From Mobula hypostoma (taxonomy: Eukaryota): a stretch of DNA of 64,000 bases. Shown piece after piece: positions 34,681-46,790 of the stretch. Below the pieces are notes generated by a model. The model was not told the origin of the DNA and ran no database searches. It saw only the letters and a program-made list of their open reading frames with translations. Numbering within the stretch: the stretch's first letter is position 1; every line of letters begins with the position of its first letter. The stretch covers positions 5,954,001-6,018,000 of the forward strand of contig NC_086109.1 of the NCBI RefSeq assembly GCF_963921235.1, given 5' to 3'. The translations under genes and the position numbers were made by a program.

Positions 34681-36173
34681 TAAGTACAGTCCTTGCAAGT
34701 GAGTCTGTAGGTTGAGGAATCTGTTGAGTTGAGGCGAGTGAAATTATCAACACTGGTTCAGGAGCCTGATGACTGTTCCCGAACCTGGTGGTACGGGACC
34801 CAAGGCTCCTGTCTGATGGCTGCAGCGAGAAGGGAGCAAGGCCTGGATGATGGCGGGCCTTTGATGACAAATGCTTCTTTCTCGTGGCAATGCTCCGTGT
34901 AAATGTGCTCAATGGTGGGGATGGCTTTGGCCGGGATGGACTTGGCTGCATTCTGAATACTCTCTATAGACTTTTCTGTCCCTGGGAATTGGTGTTTTCA
35001 CTCTCTGCACTGTGCTCATCCCAGACAGAGAACTCGCCAAGGAAGAAGCAGCAATCTCCACAAGTTAACTCCGAGTACCCGCCCAAAAGAAGCAGCGTCT
35101 CTCTCATTGTGGACTTCAGGAAAGAGAAGTCAGGAGAACCAGTCCTCATTGCGGGATCAACAGAGGAAAGGGTGAGCAGCTTCAAGTTCCAGGGGTGTCA
35201 ACATCTCTGATGATCTGTCCTGCACCCAATACATGGATGCAATTACGAAGAAGGCGACGTGACAGCGGCTCTGCTTTATCAGAGGTTGAGAAGATTGGGT
35301 ACGTCACCAAAGATACCTGCAAATTTCTAGAAATGTACCATGGAGAGCATTCTAACTGGTTGCATCAACGTTCGGTATGGAGGGGCCACTGCACAGGATC
35401 TGAATAAAACTGCAGAGGGTTGCAACATCAGCCAACTCCACCATGGGCACCAGCCTGCCCAGCATCGAGGGCACCAGCCTGCCCAGCATCGAGGGCACTT
35501 TCAAGAGGCAATTCCTCAAAAAAAAAAGATAGCATCCATCAAGGTTCCTGTCCATCCAGGACTCTTCTCATTACTACCATCAGAGAGATGGTACAGGAGC
35601 CTGAAGTCACACATTCAACATTTCAGGAACAGCTTCATCCCACCCCCACAACCATCACATCATCGAACAAATCGTGAACACTACCTCACTATTTTTGCTC
35701 TTTCAGCACTATGTATTTATTTTCATACAAATATTTGTAATTGTAGCTGACTGTAAATTTTTAATGTATTGTGCTGTACTGCAGCCACAAAACAACAAAC
35801 ATCACCAGCTGATGATAAACCTGGTTCACATTCTGATTCTCTGCCGTGCACACACAAAAAAACCGCCCCCTCCTCTCCCAGGGGCCATAGATCTAATTCC
35901 TGGTATTTACTCACTTTCTCTCAGTGGAAGCTTACGGATTTTGAGAGGATCTGATAGAGTCAACAACTGGTGTCATTTTCCCCGGGTCTAAATATCCAAT
36001 AGAAGAGGGCATGCATTTGAGATGGAAGGGAAAAAGTTCAGAAGATACGCGCAGGACAAATTTGCTCGTTGTGCCTGGACTGCACTGCCAAGGGTGGTGG
36101 TACATGTGGATATAACATTGCAACCTCAAAGGCTCTAAGTGTAAAGGCAATGGGGGATATGGGCCTCATTCAC

Positions 36174-36515
36174 AGATGGAGATGCATCTCTACCAGAGGA
36201 GGTGTAAGATGCGCCTTCCCTCTGCTGGCCTGCAGGTCACCCTAGGGCAAGGTGCAGCACCTGCTCAGCCCCCCCGATCAGGGTTATGTGAAGCCATGGG
36301 AGCAGGTGGTGGGTGCTCATACGAGCAGCTGGTGCAGATCACAAGTCCTGGTGATGTGACCACTGACACCAGGCAGACTATCTCTGAAGAGTATTGACAA
36401 TGGCCGAGGTCACCCGTCTTGTAAAGACACTGCCCAGAAGAAGGCGATGGCAAACCACTTCTGTAGAAAAACTTGCCAATAATCATGGAAAGACCATGAT
36501 CACCCCCGTCATACA
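36174..36515 (+). mobile_element. RTE-related SINE-like repeat
   Basis: Paralog of 2068-2410; gaaggcgatggcaaaccacttctgtagaaaa. Confidence 0.7.
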
Positions 36516-36516
36516 C

Positions 36517-36643
36517 AGTCATAGTCATAGACATAGACATAGTCATAGTCAGTCATAGTCATAGACATAGACATAGTCATAGTCATAGTCATACTTTATT
36601 GATCCCGAGGGAAATTGGGTTTTGTTACAGTTGCACCAACCAA
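36517..36643 (-). repeat. (CATAGT/CATAGA)n microsatellite forming the expanded tail of a ~50-bp Rex-like terminal fragment
   Basis: catactttattgatcccgagggaaattggg..gttacagttgcaccaaccaag matches 20240-20294. Confidence 0.85.
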
Positions 36644-36959
36644 GGACAGCCCATAATGATGACAAGTCTCTACTACTTCTCTGGACAGGGAATTCCACAG
36701 ATTCACTGCTCTCTGGGAACCTCCTCATCTCTATCCTAAATCTATTTTGGGTCTATGTCCCTGATAGTTCCCAGTCTCACCTACCAGCAGAAACAACTTT
36801 CCTGCCTCTATCCTACCTACTTCTTTTAGTTTTATACATTTCTATAAGATTCCCAATCATTTGTTCAGAATTCCAGTGAGTACAATCCCAGGCGACTTTG
36901 TCCCTGCTGATAGATTCATGTGGAGAGAGAATCCTGGGAAAACTTGACATTAAAGCCTC

Positions 36960-37285
36960 AACAGAGTGGGTGTGAAGATGATGTTTCCTATAGCGGGGGA
37001 GTCTAAAACCAGAGGGCACAGCTGCAGGATAGAGCGACGCCCTTTCAGAACAGAGGTGAGGGGGAGTTGCTTTAACCAGAGAGTGGTGAGTCTGTGGAAT
37101 TCATTGGCACAAGGAGCTGTAGAGGCCAAGTCACTGGGTATATTTCAGGTAGAGGTTGTTAGATTCTTGATTGGTCAGGGCATGAAGGGATACGGGGAGA
37201 TTGGGGCTGAGAGGGGAAATGGATCAGCCATGATGAAATGGTAGAACAGACTCGATGGGCCAAATGGCCTAATTCTGCTCCTATA
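36960..37285 (+). mobile_element. CR1 3' fragment
   Basis: MFPIAGESKTRGHSCRIERRPFRTE..QRVVSLWNSL. Confidence 0.85.
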
Positions 37286-38209
37286 TTAAGTCACGCTTAT
37301 TGTCATTTAAGTACATAGATGTCTAACGAGACAATGGTTCTCCAAACAGGGTGTAAGCATTGCAGTATACATAACACACAGCAATTGATGAAAGAAAGTA
37401 AGGATGAAATCCACAGATGGATGACACACAAATAAACAAACTAAAGTGTATAAATTACAGAACGGATTAACCAGTGACACACTGAATGCCATGCGGAGGA
37501 GAGTTCAGAAGCCTAATAGCCTGTGGTTTTATGGTCTAACAGTCTCTCCCATCTCTATCCGCTGCTCCACTTTCCACAGTTCCGACTACTCACACAGCTC
37601 CTGCCTGATTCACCAAAGTAAACAGCTGGAAAGTTCCGGGATCTGTCAACGATGATCCCACCGCAGAAGTAATGTTCTCATATTTTAAAAAAAAATACAG
37701 CCTGCCCACGCCCCGGTACCACTATTCTTAGCCAGTGTTAATCCCACACTCCCCCCGGGACCTCCACACTGTTAAACTATGTTGAGACAAGCATGGTTAA
37801 CTGAATGGACTTGTCACAACTGATCAGCGGGAGCCGTCAGCTCTAGGGAAATCCAGGCGGGGCAGTGGAGAGAGCCAGCCTAGCTGTACAAGCCTAGTCA
37901 CTAATGGAGGTGGGTCCCGGGCTCCTACAGAGTCCCTCTCCCGCAACCTCACCCCACACACCCCCACCAACTCTCTTCTTCTGGGACCCTGTTTAATACG
38001 CTTCAGTTTCATACCTCCACGCATTTCAGCAGGAGACTGCTCTGCCCATCAGGTTGGTGCTAGCTCACAGAGAAATCCAATTCCTCACTGCCCCTTTTCT
38101 GTGCCCCAGACTCTCCACAAGCCCGCTCACCCACACACTGGGGGGAGGGGGGGATTTAGAACAGCCAATTTACCTACCGACCCACATGTCGTTGGGACGC
38201 GGGGAGAAA

Positions 38210-38440
38210 CCAGGGGCGTAACGGTAATCATAACACTTTACAGCGCAGGTGATATATCGCCGCTGCCCATAAGGGGTTTGTACGTTCTCCCCGTGACCGC
38301 GCGGGTTTCCTCCGGGTGCTCTGGTTTCCTCCCACAGTCCAAAGACGTACCGGTGGGTAGGTTAATTGGTCACTGTAAATTGTCCCGGGATTAGGCTAGG
38401 GTTAAATTGGGGGATTCCTGGGCATTGTGTCTGGAAGGGC
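38210..38440 (+). mobile_element. HE1-like V-SINE
   Basis: gtacgttctccccgtgaccgcgcgggtttcctccgggtgctctggtttcctcccacagtccaaagacgt core. Confidence 0.8.
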
Positions 38441-38456
38441 CGGGAGTGCCTAGTGA

Positions 38457-38910
38457 TAGCTCGTCATATGAAGAGCGTTTGATGACCCTGGGCCTGTATT
38501 CACTAGAATGCAGAAGAAAGAGGCGTGACCTCATTGAAACCTATCGAATGGTGAAAGGCCTTGGTAGAGTGGATGTGGAGAGAATGCTTCCTATGGTAGA
38601 GGAGTCTAAGACCAGAGGACACAGCCTCAGAAGAGAGGGGGACCCTTTTAGAATGGAGAGGAGGAGGAATTTCTTTAGCCAGAGAGTGGTAAATCCGTGG
38701 AATTCTTTGTCACAGGCTGCTCTGGAGGCCAAGTCTTTGTGTACATTTAAGGCAGAGGTTGATAGATTCTTGATTAGTCAGGCCATGAAGAGATACAGGG
38801 AGAAGGAAGGAGATTGGGGCTCAGAGGGAAAATTGGATCAGCCATGATGAAATAGCAGAGCAGACTCGATGGGCCAAATGGCCTAATTCTGCTCCTATGT
38901 CTTATGGCCT
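38457..38910 (+). mobile_element. CR1 3' fragment
   Basis: SYEERLMTLGLYSLE..DLIETYRMVKG..TRGHSLR..RNFFSQRVVNPWNSL. Confidence 0.9.
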
Positions 38911-39434
38911 TATTCCGTGTGATAGATTAGATAGATGGGATGAAAGACAGACGATAGATAGCTTAGATAGAAGATAGATGGGATAGGGGGATCTTGGGGA
39001 GGTGATGGGGGAGGAATAGATAAATATGGGTTCAAATCCCGCTGCTGTCCGAAAGGGTTTGTACGTTCTCCCCATGACTGCATGGATTATCTGATCAATT
39101 CTGAGTCTGCCTTCAGGCTGACAACCAATCTTCAATCCATGCTAACAAACTTCCCCTAATTACCGTGAACTTTTCTCAGCCCGTATGCCCATTCCCTCTC
39201 TGTAAGATAAAACATTTTCTCACCTCTGACGAAAGACCTTGAACTTGAAATGTTAAATCTCAGCGGATCTCTCCTGGGCCCAACACCTTGCTGCAATTTA
39301 CAAGGAAGTCATGCTTATGACCCAACGTCAGTTGGAGCTTGAGGAGATTTGATGTCGTGATCAAAGACCCTTGTAAATTTCTGTCAAGTGTGTGGTGGAG
39401 AGCTTTCTGACTTGCTGCATCGTAGCCTGGAAAG

Positions 39435-39500
39435 CAGGCTCCAAGGCCCAGGACTGCAGGCTCCAAGGCCCAGGACTGCAGGCTCCAAGGCCCAGGACTG
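39435..39500. repeat. 22-bp perfect tandem repeat, 3 copies
   Basis: caggctccaaggcccaggactg at 39435, 39457 and 39479. Confidence 0.95.
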
Positions 39501-40096
39501 CAAGAGGCTGCTGAGGGCTGTGGACTCGTGAGCTCAACCCTCCCCACCACCAAGGACATCCCCAAGGTGGCGTCCCAAGAAGGTGGCATCCATCGTAAGG
39601 ACACTCACTATCCAGGACATACCTTCTTCTCATTACCGCCATCAGGAGAGGAGGCACAGGAGCCTGACAACTCACACACAACAATCAAAAATAGCTTCTT
39701 CCTGACAGCCGTCCGACTTCCGAGCAGTCCGTGAATCTATGAACACTATCTCGGCAATCCTTTTTTTGAAACAATTTAATTATTTTTGTAATCTATAGTA
39801 ACTTTGTCTTTGCTGTACTACTGCAAAGTTTACACCATATAAGCAAGCAGCAATCAACCTAATTCTGAACTTGGATTCTTTCCCAAACAGGCTGTGGAGT
39901 GTTTCCCACAATCGCTGTTACAACTATTGAGGAAAATTACAATCCCAGAGACACAGGAGACTGCAGCCGCTGGAATAGAAAGCAAACAACAATCTGCTGG
40001 AGCAACTCAGCAGATCCACAAGCCCATAGGAGCAGAAATAGACCAGTCAGCCCATTGAGTATGTTCCGCCATTCCATCATTACTGATTTATTACAA

Positions 40097-40400
40097 CATT
40101 CTCCACCAAACCCGTAACCTGACGTTGGCACCGTACCACCTCCCCAGACCTCCCCATTCTCCACCAAACCCGTAACCTGACCTTGGCACCATACCACCTC
40201 CCCAGACCTCCCCATTCTCCTCCAAACCCGTAACCTGACCTTGGCACCGTACCACCTCCCCAGACCTTGGCACCATACCACCAGGCCAGACCTCCCCATT
40301 CTCCTCCAAACCTGTAACCTGACCTTGGCACCGTACCACCTCCCCATTCTCCTCGAAACCCACAACCTGACTTTGGCACTATACCACGTCCCCTGACTAC
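40097..40400. repeat. ~58-bp minisatellite embedded in a CR1 3' end
   Basis: cattctcc(a/t)ccaaacccgtaacctgaccttggcaccgtaccacctccccagacctccc, about 5 variable units. Confidence 0.9.
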
Positions 40401-41181
40401 TGTTGCCTGTATCACAAGACAACAAGACCATAAGACACTGGAGCAGAATTAGGCCATTTGGCTCACCGAGTCAGCTCTGCCATTCCATCATGGCCGATTC
40501 ATTATCCCTCTCCTGCCTTCGCCCCGAAACCTTTGACGTCCTGACAAATCAAGATCCTATCATCACCCACTTCAAATATACTCCATGACTTGGCCTCCAC
40601 AGCTATTATACATTTCTATTTAATTTCCCTGTCCTACCGTAAACACCTGCAAGAAAATGAATGTCAGGCTAGTACATGACATATACGTACTTTGATAAAA
40701 AGTTTATCTTGCACTTCGAACGGCCATCTTTGGCAATGAATTCCACGGATTCACCAACCTCTGGATCAAGGAATGCCTCCTCATCACCGTCCGAAAGGGA
40801 TTCCCTTCTATTCTGCAGTGGACAATTGTCCCTCAATGCTTCACACCAGATGACAGGCCTCAACCCAAAACATTGACTCTCCATTCCCCTCTACAGATAC
40901 TGCCTGACCTGCTGAGTTCCTCCAGCATTTTAATTTTCACTCCAAGTTATGATTCCATTCAGAACTCACACTCACTGAGGTGAACAAGAGATATTATCTT
41001 TTATTTTCTCATTTTTCAGGACCCGGAAGTTGTCGATATAATTTATTCTTCATCGTTGATGGCTTTCAAGAAGGGGCAAAATGTATTATATATACATTTT
41101 CATAAATTCTATCCAATTTCTTTATTTCCTTGAAAATGCCCACAAGAAAACAAATCTTAAGGTGGTGTATGGTACCATACA

Positions 41182-41706
41182 CAGCACTATGCAAAACTCT
41201 TAGGCACATGTTAAGACTCTTGCTCAGTAATGTATTTTGTCAACGTGGAGTGCAGAGCAAGTTTGCAAATATGGCGGAAAAGATTTCGGGAATGGCGAGA
41301 GTGGGGTATGGGACAGGTGGCAGAGAAGGAGTGCCCAGCGTGGGGGTAGGCGGGGGTGTTGGTGGCAGGGGTGAAGACACACCCAACCCTGCGACACCAG
41401 ACAAGGTCATTTGATTCCAAACAATTGGTTTATTGATCGTTACAGAGTGTCTCTCTGATGCTTCCTGCTCCCTCCCTTCTCCCTTCCCCTTTTTCCCCCA
41501 AACATTATTCTGCTCTCCCTGCCCCCTTCCCACTCTCAGTCCACAATGAAGACCCACATCAGAATCAGGATTATCATCACTCACTATGTCATGAAATTTG
41601 TTTCTTTTTGTGGCAGCAGTACAGTGAAATTCACAAAATTACTACAACAGTGTGCAAGTCTTAGGTACATATATATATACGTGCCTAAGACTTTTACACA
41701 GTACTG
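41182..41706 (+). mobile_element. Composite Tc1-type MITE bounded by two mini-MITEs
   Basis: Outer termini cagcactatgcaaaactcttaggcac and gtgcctaagacttttacacagtactg followed by TA. Each end is itself a short palindrome. Paralogs at 8736-9520 and 29590-29727 (-). Confidence 0.78.
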
Positions 41707-42144
41707 TATATACTTTAATAAGAAAGTTACTTTGACTTTCCTGTGAAGGTTAACTAGCGGTACCGTAGCAGAGGGAAGTCCGGGGCTCGAGCCCTGTGAC
41801 AGTGAGGTACTTCCACGTCAGGTTGGTGTGTAAGCTGACGAGAAGCCTGTAGGTGGAGCCACTTGTCAGCTTGCAGGTTCAGCCACGACTAACAATCATT
41901 CCGTTCTCCTTTACACTCGTGTATGGAAGGATGGCAACAAACAATCGTGAATCTTGGTGGAACGGCGGGGCAGACTCGATGGGCCCAGTGGCCTAATTCT
42001 GCCCCCATGTCTTCTGGCTTGGGAGGTGCTGCTGCTGGAGCAGTCTGGGATCGTAACTGCGTTACCGGTGGTACACTCTGCAGCCGCTGTGCGCCAGCGG
42101 TAACTACACAGTGAGGTGTGTGAGCTAGTGAGTCCTGGCCGGAA

Positions 42145-44215
42145 TCGGGCTTTGTATCATTGGCATGTGTCGCGAAGTTTGTTGTGTTGTAGCAGCAGTA
42201 CAATGCAATGCATAATAGTAATGAATATATATAAAAATAAATCAAATAAGCAGCGCAAAACGAGAGGGAAAAATACCAAGGTAGTGTACATGGGTTCGAT
42301 GTCTATTCAGAGATCTGATGGCGGAGGAGAAGGAGCTGTTCCTGAAATGTTGACAGTGTGTCTTCGGGCTCCTGTGCCTCCTCTTCTATAGGAGCAATGA
42401 GAAGAGGGTCATGTCCTGGGTGACGGGGGTCCTAACTGATGGATGCCTTTTGAAGGTGCTTTCAATGCTGGGGAGGCGAGTACCCATGAAGGAATTGACT
42501 AGGTTTACAACTCTCTGCAGCCTACTTCGATCCTGAGCAGTAGCCAAACCTTCCCCCCACCCCCACCCAGCCATACCAGACGGTGATGTGAGTAGTTAGA
42601 ATGCTCTTCATGGTACATAGAAAACCTACAGCACAATACAGGCCTTCGGCCCACGACGCTGTTCCGAACATGTACTTACTTTAGAAATTACCTAGGGTTA
42701 CCCATAGCCCTCTATTTATCTGAGCTCCATGTACTTATTCAGGAGTCTCTTAAAAGACCCTATCGTATCCGCCTCCACCATCGCCAGCAGCCCATTCCAC
42801 GCACTCACCACTCTCTGCGTAAAAAACTTACCCCTGACATCTCCTCTGTACCTACCTCCAAGCACCTTAAAACTGTGCCCTCTCATGCTAGCCATTTCAG
42901 CCCTGGGAAAAAGCCTCTGACTATCCACATGATCAATACCTCTCATCATCTTGTACACCTCTATCAGGTCACCTCTCATCCTCCGTCGCTCCAAGGAGAA
43001 AAGGCCAAGTTCTCTCAACCTGTTTTCATAAGGCATGCTCCCCAATCCAGGCAACATCCTTGTAAATCCCCTCTGCACCCTTTCTATAGTTTCCACAATC
43101 TTCCTGTAGTGAGGTGACCAGAACTGAGCACAGTATTCCAAGTGGGATCTGACCAGGGTCACATATAGCTGTACCATTGCCTCTCAGCTCTTAAATTCAA
43201 CCCCACGGTTGATGAAGGCCAATGCACCCTAACCACAGAGTCAACCTGCACAGCTGCTTTGAGTGTCCTATGGACTTGGACCCCAAGATCCCTCTGATCT
43301 TCCACACTGCCAAGAGTCTTACCATTAATACTATATCCTGCCAACATATTTGACCTACCAGAATGAACCACTTCACACTTACCTGGGTTGAACTCCATCT
43401 GCCACTTCTCGGGCCAGTTTTGCATCCTATCAATGTCCCGCTGTAGAAATTTGCGAGTGTCTTTGGTGACGTACCAAATCTCCTCAAACTCCTAATGAAA
43501 TATGGCCGCTGGTGTACCTTCTATGTTTCTGAATTGACATGTTGGGCCCAGGATAGATCCTCAGACATGTTGACACCCTGGAACTTGAAATTGCTCACCC
43601 TTTCCACTTCTGACCCCTCGATGAGGACTGGAGTGTGTGTTCCCTCAACTTCCCCTTCCTGAAGTCCACAATCAGTTCCTCGGTCTTACTGATGTTGAGT
43701 GCCAGGTTGTTGCTGTGACATCACACAACCAGCTGATTTATCTCACTCCTGTTCGCCTCCTCAGCATCTGAAATTCTGCCAACAAACAGTTGCGTCATCC
43801 GCAGATTGAAAGATGGCATTTGAGCTGTGCCGAGCCACACAATCGTGGGGGTAGAGAGCGGATCAGCAGCCTAATCACACATCCTTGAAGTGCGTCAGTG
43901 TTGACTATCAGTGAAGTGGAAATATTATTTTTGACCCACACAGACTGTGGTCTCTCAGTGACAAAAGTCACGAATCCAGTTGCAGAGGGAGGTAGAGACA
44001 CCCAGGTTCTGGGGATCATTGATTAGAACTGAGGGTGTGACTGTGTTGAACGCTAAGCTGTAATCAATAAACAGCAATCTGACACAGGTATTACTGTTGG
44101 ACAGGTGATCCAAAGCAGAGTGGAGAAGCAGTGAGATTGCACCTGTAGACCTACTGTGGCAATAGGCTAATTGCAGTGGTCCCAATAGGCTTTGAGTCTG
44201 GTGCCTGGTATAGTG
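42145..44215 (-). mobile_element. Degraded Rex1/Babar-like LINE, interrupted by CR1 (42616-43443)
   Basis: PLQLAYCHSRST..LHSALDHL..VRLLFIDYSLAFNT and RRFGTSPKTLANFY. Flanks rejoin as atggtacat | ctgtagaaattt. Confidence 0.82.
42616..43443 (-). mobile_element. CR1 3' fragment
   Basis: WQMEFNPGKCEVVH and LVRSHLEYCAQFWSPHYRK..RRMRGDLIEVYK..FFTQRVV. Confidence 0.92.
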
Positions 44216-45269
44216 AACACTGGCCCATGAACATAGCAACCAGAGAGAGATGAGCTGCTAGAAAACACCAAAGATAAACCAGTCTGAATGACAACTGTCC
44301 TCAAACACCTGTCCAAAGTTCCAAACAGATCACTGCTCAGCAGAATTCCTTGAGAATTCCAGTGGGATAGCACAACGCAATCGTGGCAGGGTTCCCAACT
44401 CACCTGAGCTGACAGGTGCAGCCTCAGTCCCAAGGTCATACAGAGACACCGTCTCTGAGAGAGAGAGTGAGAGAGAGACAGAGAAGGTGCCAAGCCACAC
44501 AATCGTGGGAGTAGAGAGCAGATCAGTGGGCAAATCACACATCCTTGAAATGCGTCAGCGTTGTCTCTGTGGGAGAGAGACAGACAGACAGACAGATGAA
44601 GAGTCTCAACCCAAAGCATCAAGTTTATTCCTTTCCATAGAAGCTCCCTGACCTGCTGAGTTCCTCCAGCGTTTTGAGAGTGTTACTCTGGATTTCCAGC
44701 TTCTGCAGAATCTCTTGTGTCATTGTTGTAATCTGAGTAACATGTTCCCTTAAATAAAGGCGCCTGCCGGTTTTCCATTACAGGCACACACCAACACGCC
44801 AATATCCTGATACTCCTGCCTTTAAAGGCAGCTGCAGCCAAGACTTGTCTAGGTGAATCTGCCTAAGAGAACGACACTCCTCAGAAACAGAACTGGGCTT
44901 ATTACCGCCGACATTCTTGGTGAAATGGCAGCAGTACGGTGCAAGGCATAAAATTCCTACAAAAATGGTGCAAAGCAGATTTAGGTTTATTTGTCATGTG
45001 TAACGTACAGTGAACTGCATTGTTTGCGACAAATCTGCAGGAATGCGGTCACTTTGATCACCCTAAATGTATTTCCTGCGAGGATACAATCAACAGAGGG
45101 CTGGGAAACGGAGGCTTCCCACAGGAACTCAAGTACAATCCTATGAGAACTAAACTTCCAAAAGTCCTGGAAAATGGTAACCCTCCTGGGTCCTAAATAG
45201 GAATCTGCAAACTCTGGCACAAGTTAGGCTAGTGGATACAATATCATTATTATTTATTACATCGTACCA

Positions 45270-46006
45270 TGGCCTTTCAGGGGAGAGGACAGAGACCAGT
45301 TCACAGAAACAGGAGGGTTTCTTCCAGCACTACAGGACCAGGCGGGTAACACAAAAGAAAATCAGAAGGACATAATAAAATTTCAACAAATTCAAAACGA
45401 TAAATGCTGAAAATGCCAAGAAAAACCAGAAACAATCCAACACATTACAGAATCCTGTAGCAGTTTAACTCAATCTGATTACTTACACAGGCACAATCAA
45501 GTGGCAAAACGTCATTCACCAAAATCTTGCTTTAAAATATTACTCATAAAAGACACCATAAATACAAGCCTGATCCAATTTTAGAGTCAGGGCCCTACAA
45601 TTATATTACAACTGATCCATTGTTACAGATAGGACAATCCATCATAACCGTCCAGGTATAATTTTACAGGATAAACAAGCAACAGCAACTTACTTACTAG
45701 ATATAGCCATTCCAAACATACGTAACTTACAGAAATTAAGTGAAAAATACCAGAAATATGCTGATTTAAAAGAGGAAATTGAAATACTTTTGAACATGAA
45801 CAGGGTGTACATGGTCCCGATAGTAAAATCCACAACTGGTGTCATCTCAAAGTCACTACACAATAACATTAAACAATTAGGCTACACAGCAATATTTATG
45901 TAAATGCTAAACACCACTGGAATAGCAGGAAAGCTCCTAGCAATCAAGAAATGAGTGTGCTTGGTTATACCTGTTCCTTGGGTTTTATCAGCCTGAAAAA
46001 AAATAA
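45270..46006 (+). mobile_element. R4/Dong-clade non-LTR retrotransposon 3' relic (CCHC zinc knuckle plus restriction-like endonuclease)
   Basis: Manual translation from 45306: ETGGFLPALQDQ..DKC*KCQEKPETIQHITESC..YLHRHNQVA. Later DRTIHHNRPGIILQDK..LLDIAIP, EKYQKYADLKEEI and VPIVKSTTGVI. Ends in an A-rich tail. Confidence 0.88.
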
Positions 46007-46019
46007 ACATTCAACAATA

Positions 46020-46790
46020 ACAACTTAGAGCACTTTTCATACAGGCGACGTAGCTCTTTGAAATGGGATAAAGTGCAAACATGAAAATAAAAGACAAAAA
46101 GATGTTAGTTAAAAGCAAGGTTAAATAAATAGGTTTTGAGCTGACATTTAAAGTGTCAACTGAGACTGCATCCCTTATAGTTTTACGTATTGAATTCCAC
46201 AGTTTAAGAGCGTAGTTTAAAAAAGCTGACCTGACAATTACCTTTTAAGGGAGACAGTTTAAATTTAAGTGACGGTGGAAGAAGGCCTGACAGTTTGAGC
46301 AACATTATGAAAGGAAAATGTTTCTATGACGTTGACCAGTCCCAGACCATTGAGAGTTAAAAACAAGTAAGAGAACTTTAAAATCAGTTCTAAATGATAC
46401 AGGAAGCCAATGCAGAGTAGTTAGGATGGGAGCGATATGTTCCCTAATCCTGGGTTTTGTTAACAGTCCAGCAGCAGCGTTCTGAATGAGTTGGAGTTTG
46501 TCAGTAGATTGCTTTGGAAGGCCAGTGAAAAGTACATTGCAGTGATCTAGTCAATTCGATTTAAGGATGTGAATTAGTTTTTCTGCATCATTACACGACA
46601 GGAACGGGCGTACCTTTGCAATATTTCTACATGTAGAAATGCAGCTCCGGCCACTTTCTTTACGCGGGGTTTAAAATTCAAATCTGAATCAAGGATAACA
46701 CCCAGGCTAGTTACTTCTGATTTTACAAGGGCAGCCGAGTTCCCAAACCTCCCCTCAAAGGGCCCCACGATGCAATTCATCTAAGAAGCT
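46020..46790 (-). mobile_element. L2 LINE ORF2 3' relic
   Basis: SLGVILDSDLNFK and KLQLIQNAAAGLLT..EHIAPILTTLHWLPVSFRTDFKVLLL. Confidence 0.88.

Noticed and set aside
39937..40431. Overlapping 90-164-aa ORFs
   Set aside because: They are translations of the CR1-derived minisatellite, open in several frames because of base skew.
44486..44562. Direct repeat of ~43828-43903
   Set aside because: It is a short diverged copy of Rex RT sequence next to (GA)n. It may be a local duplication, but I cannot distinguish that from a separate Rex fragment.
45400..45420. In-frame TGA in a CxxC motif as possible selenocysteine or readthrough
   Set aside because: It occupies the Arg position of C-R-x-C in a relic with several frameshifts, so simple decay explains it.
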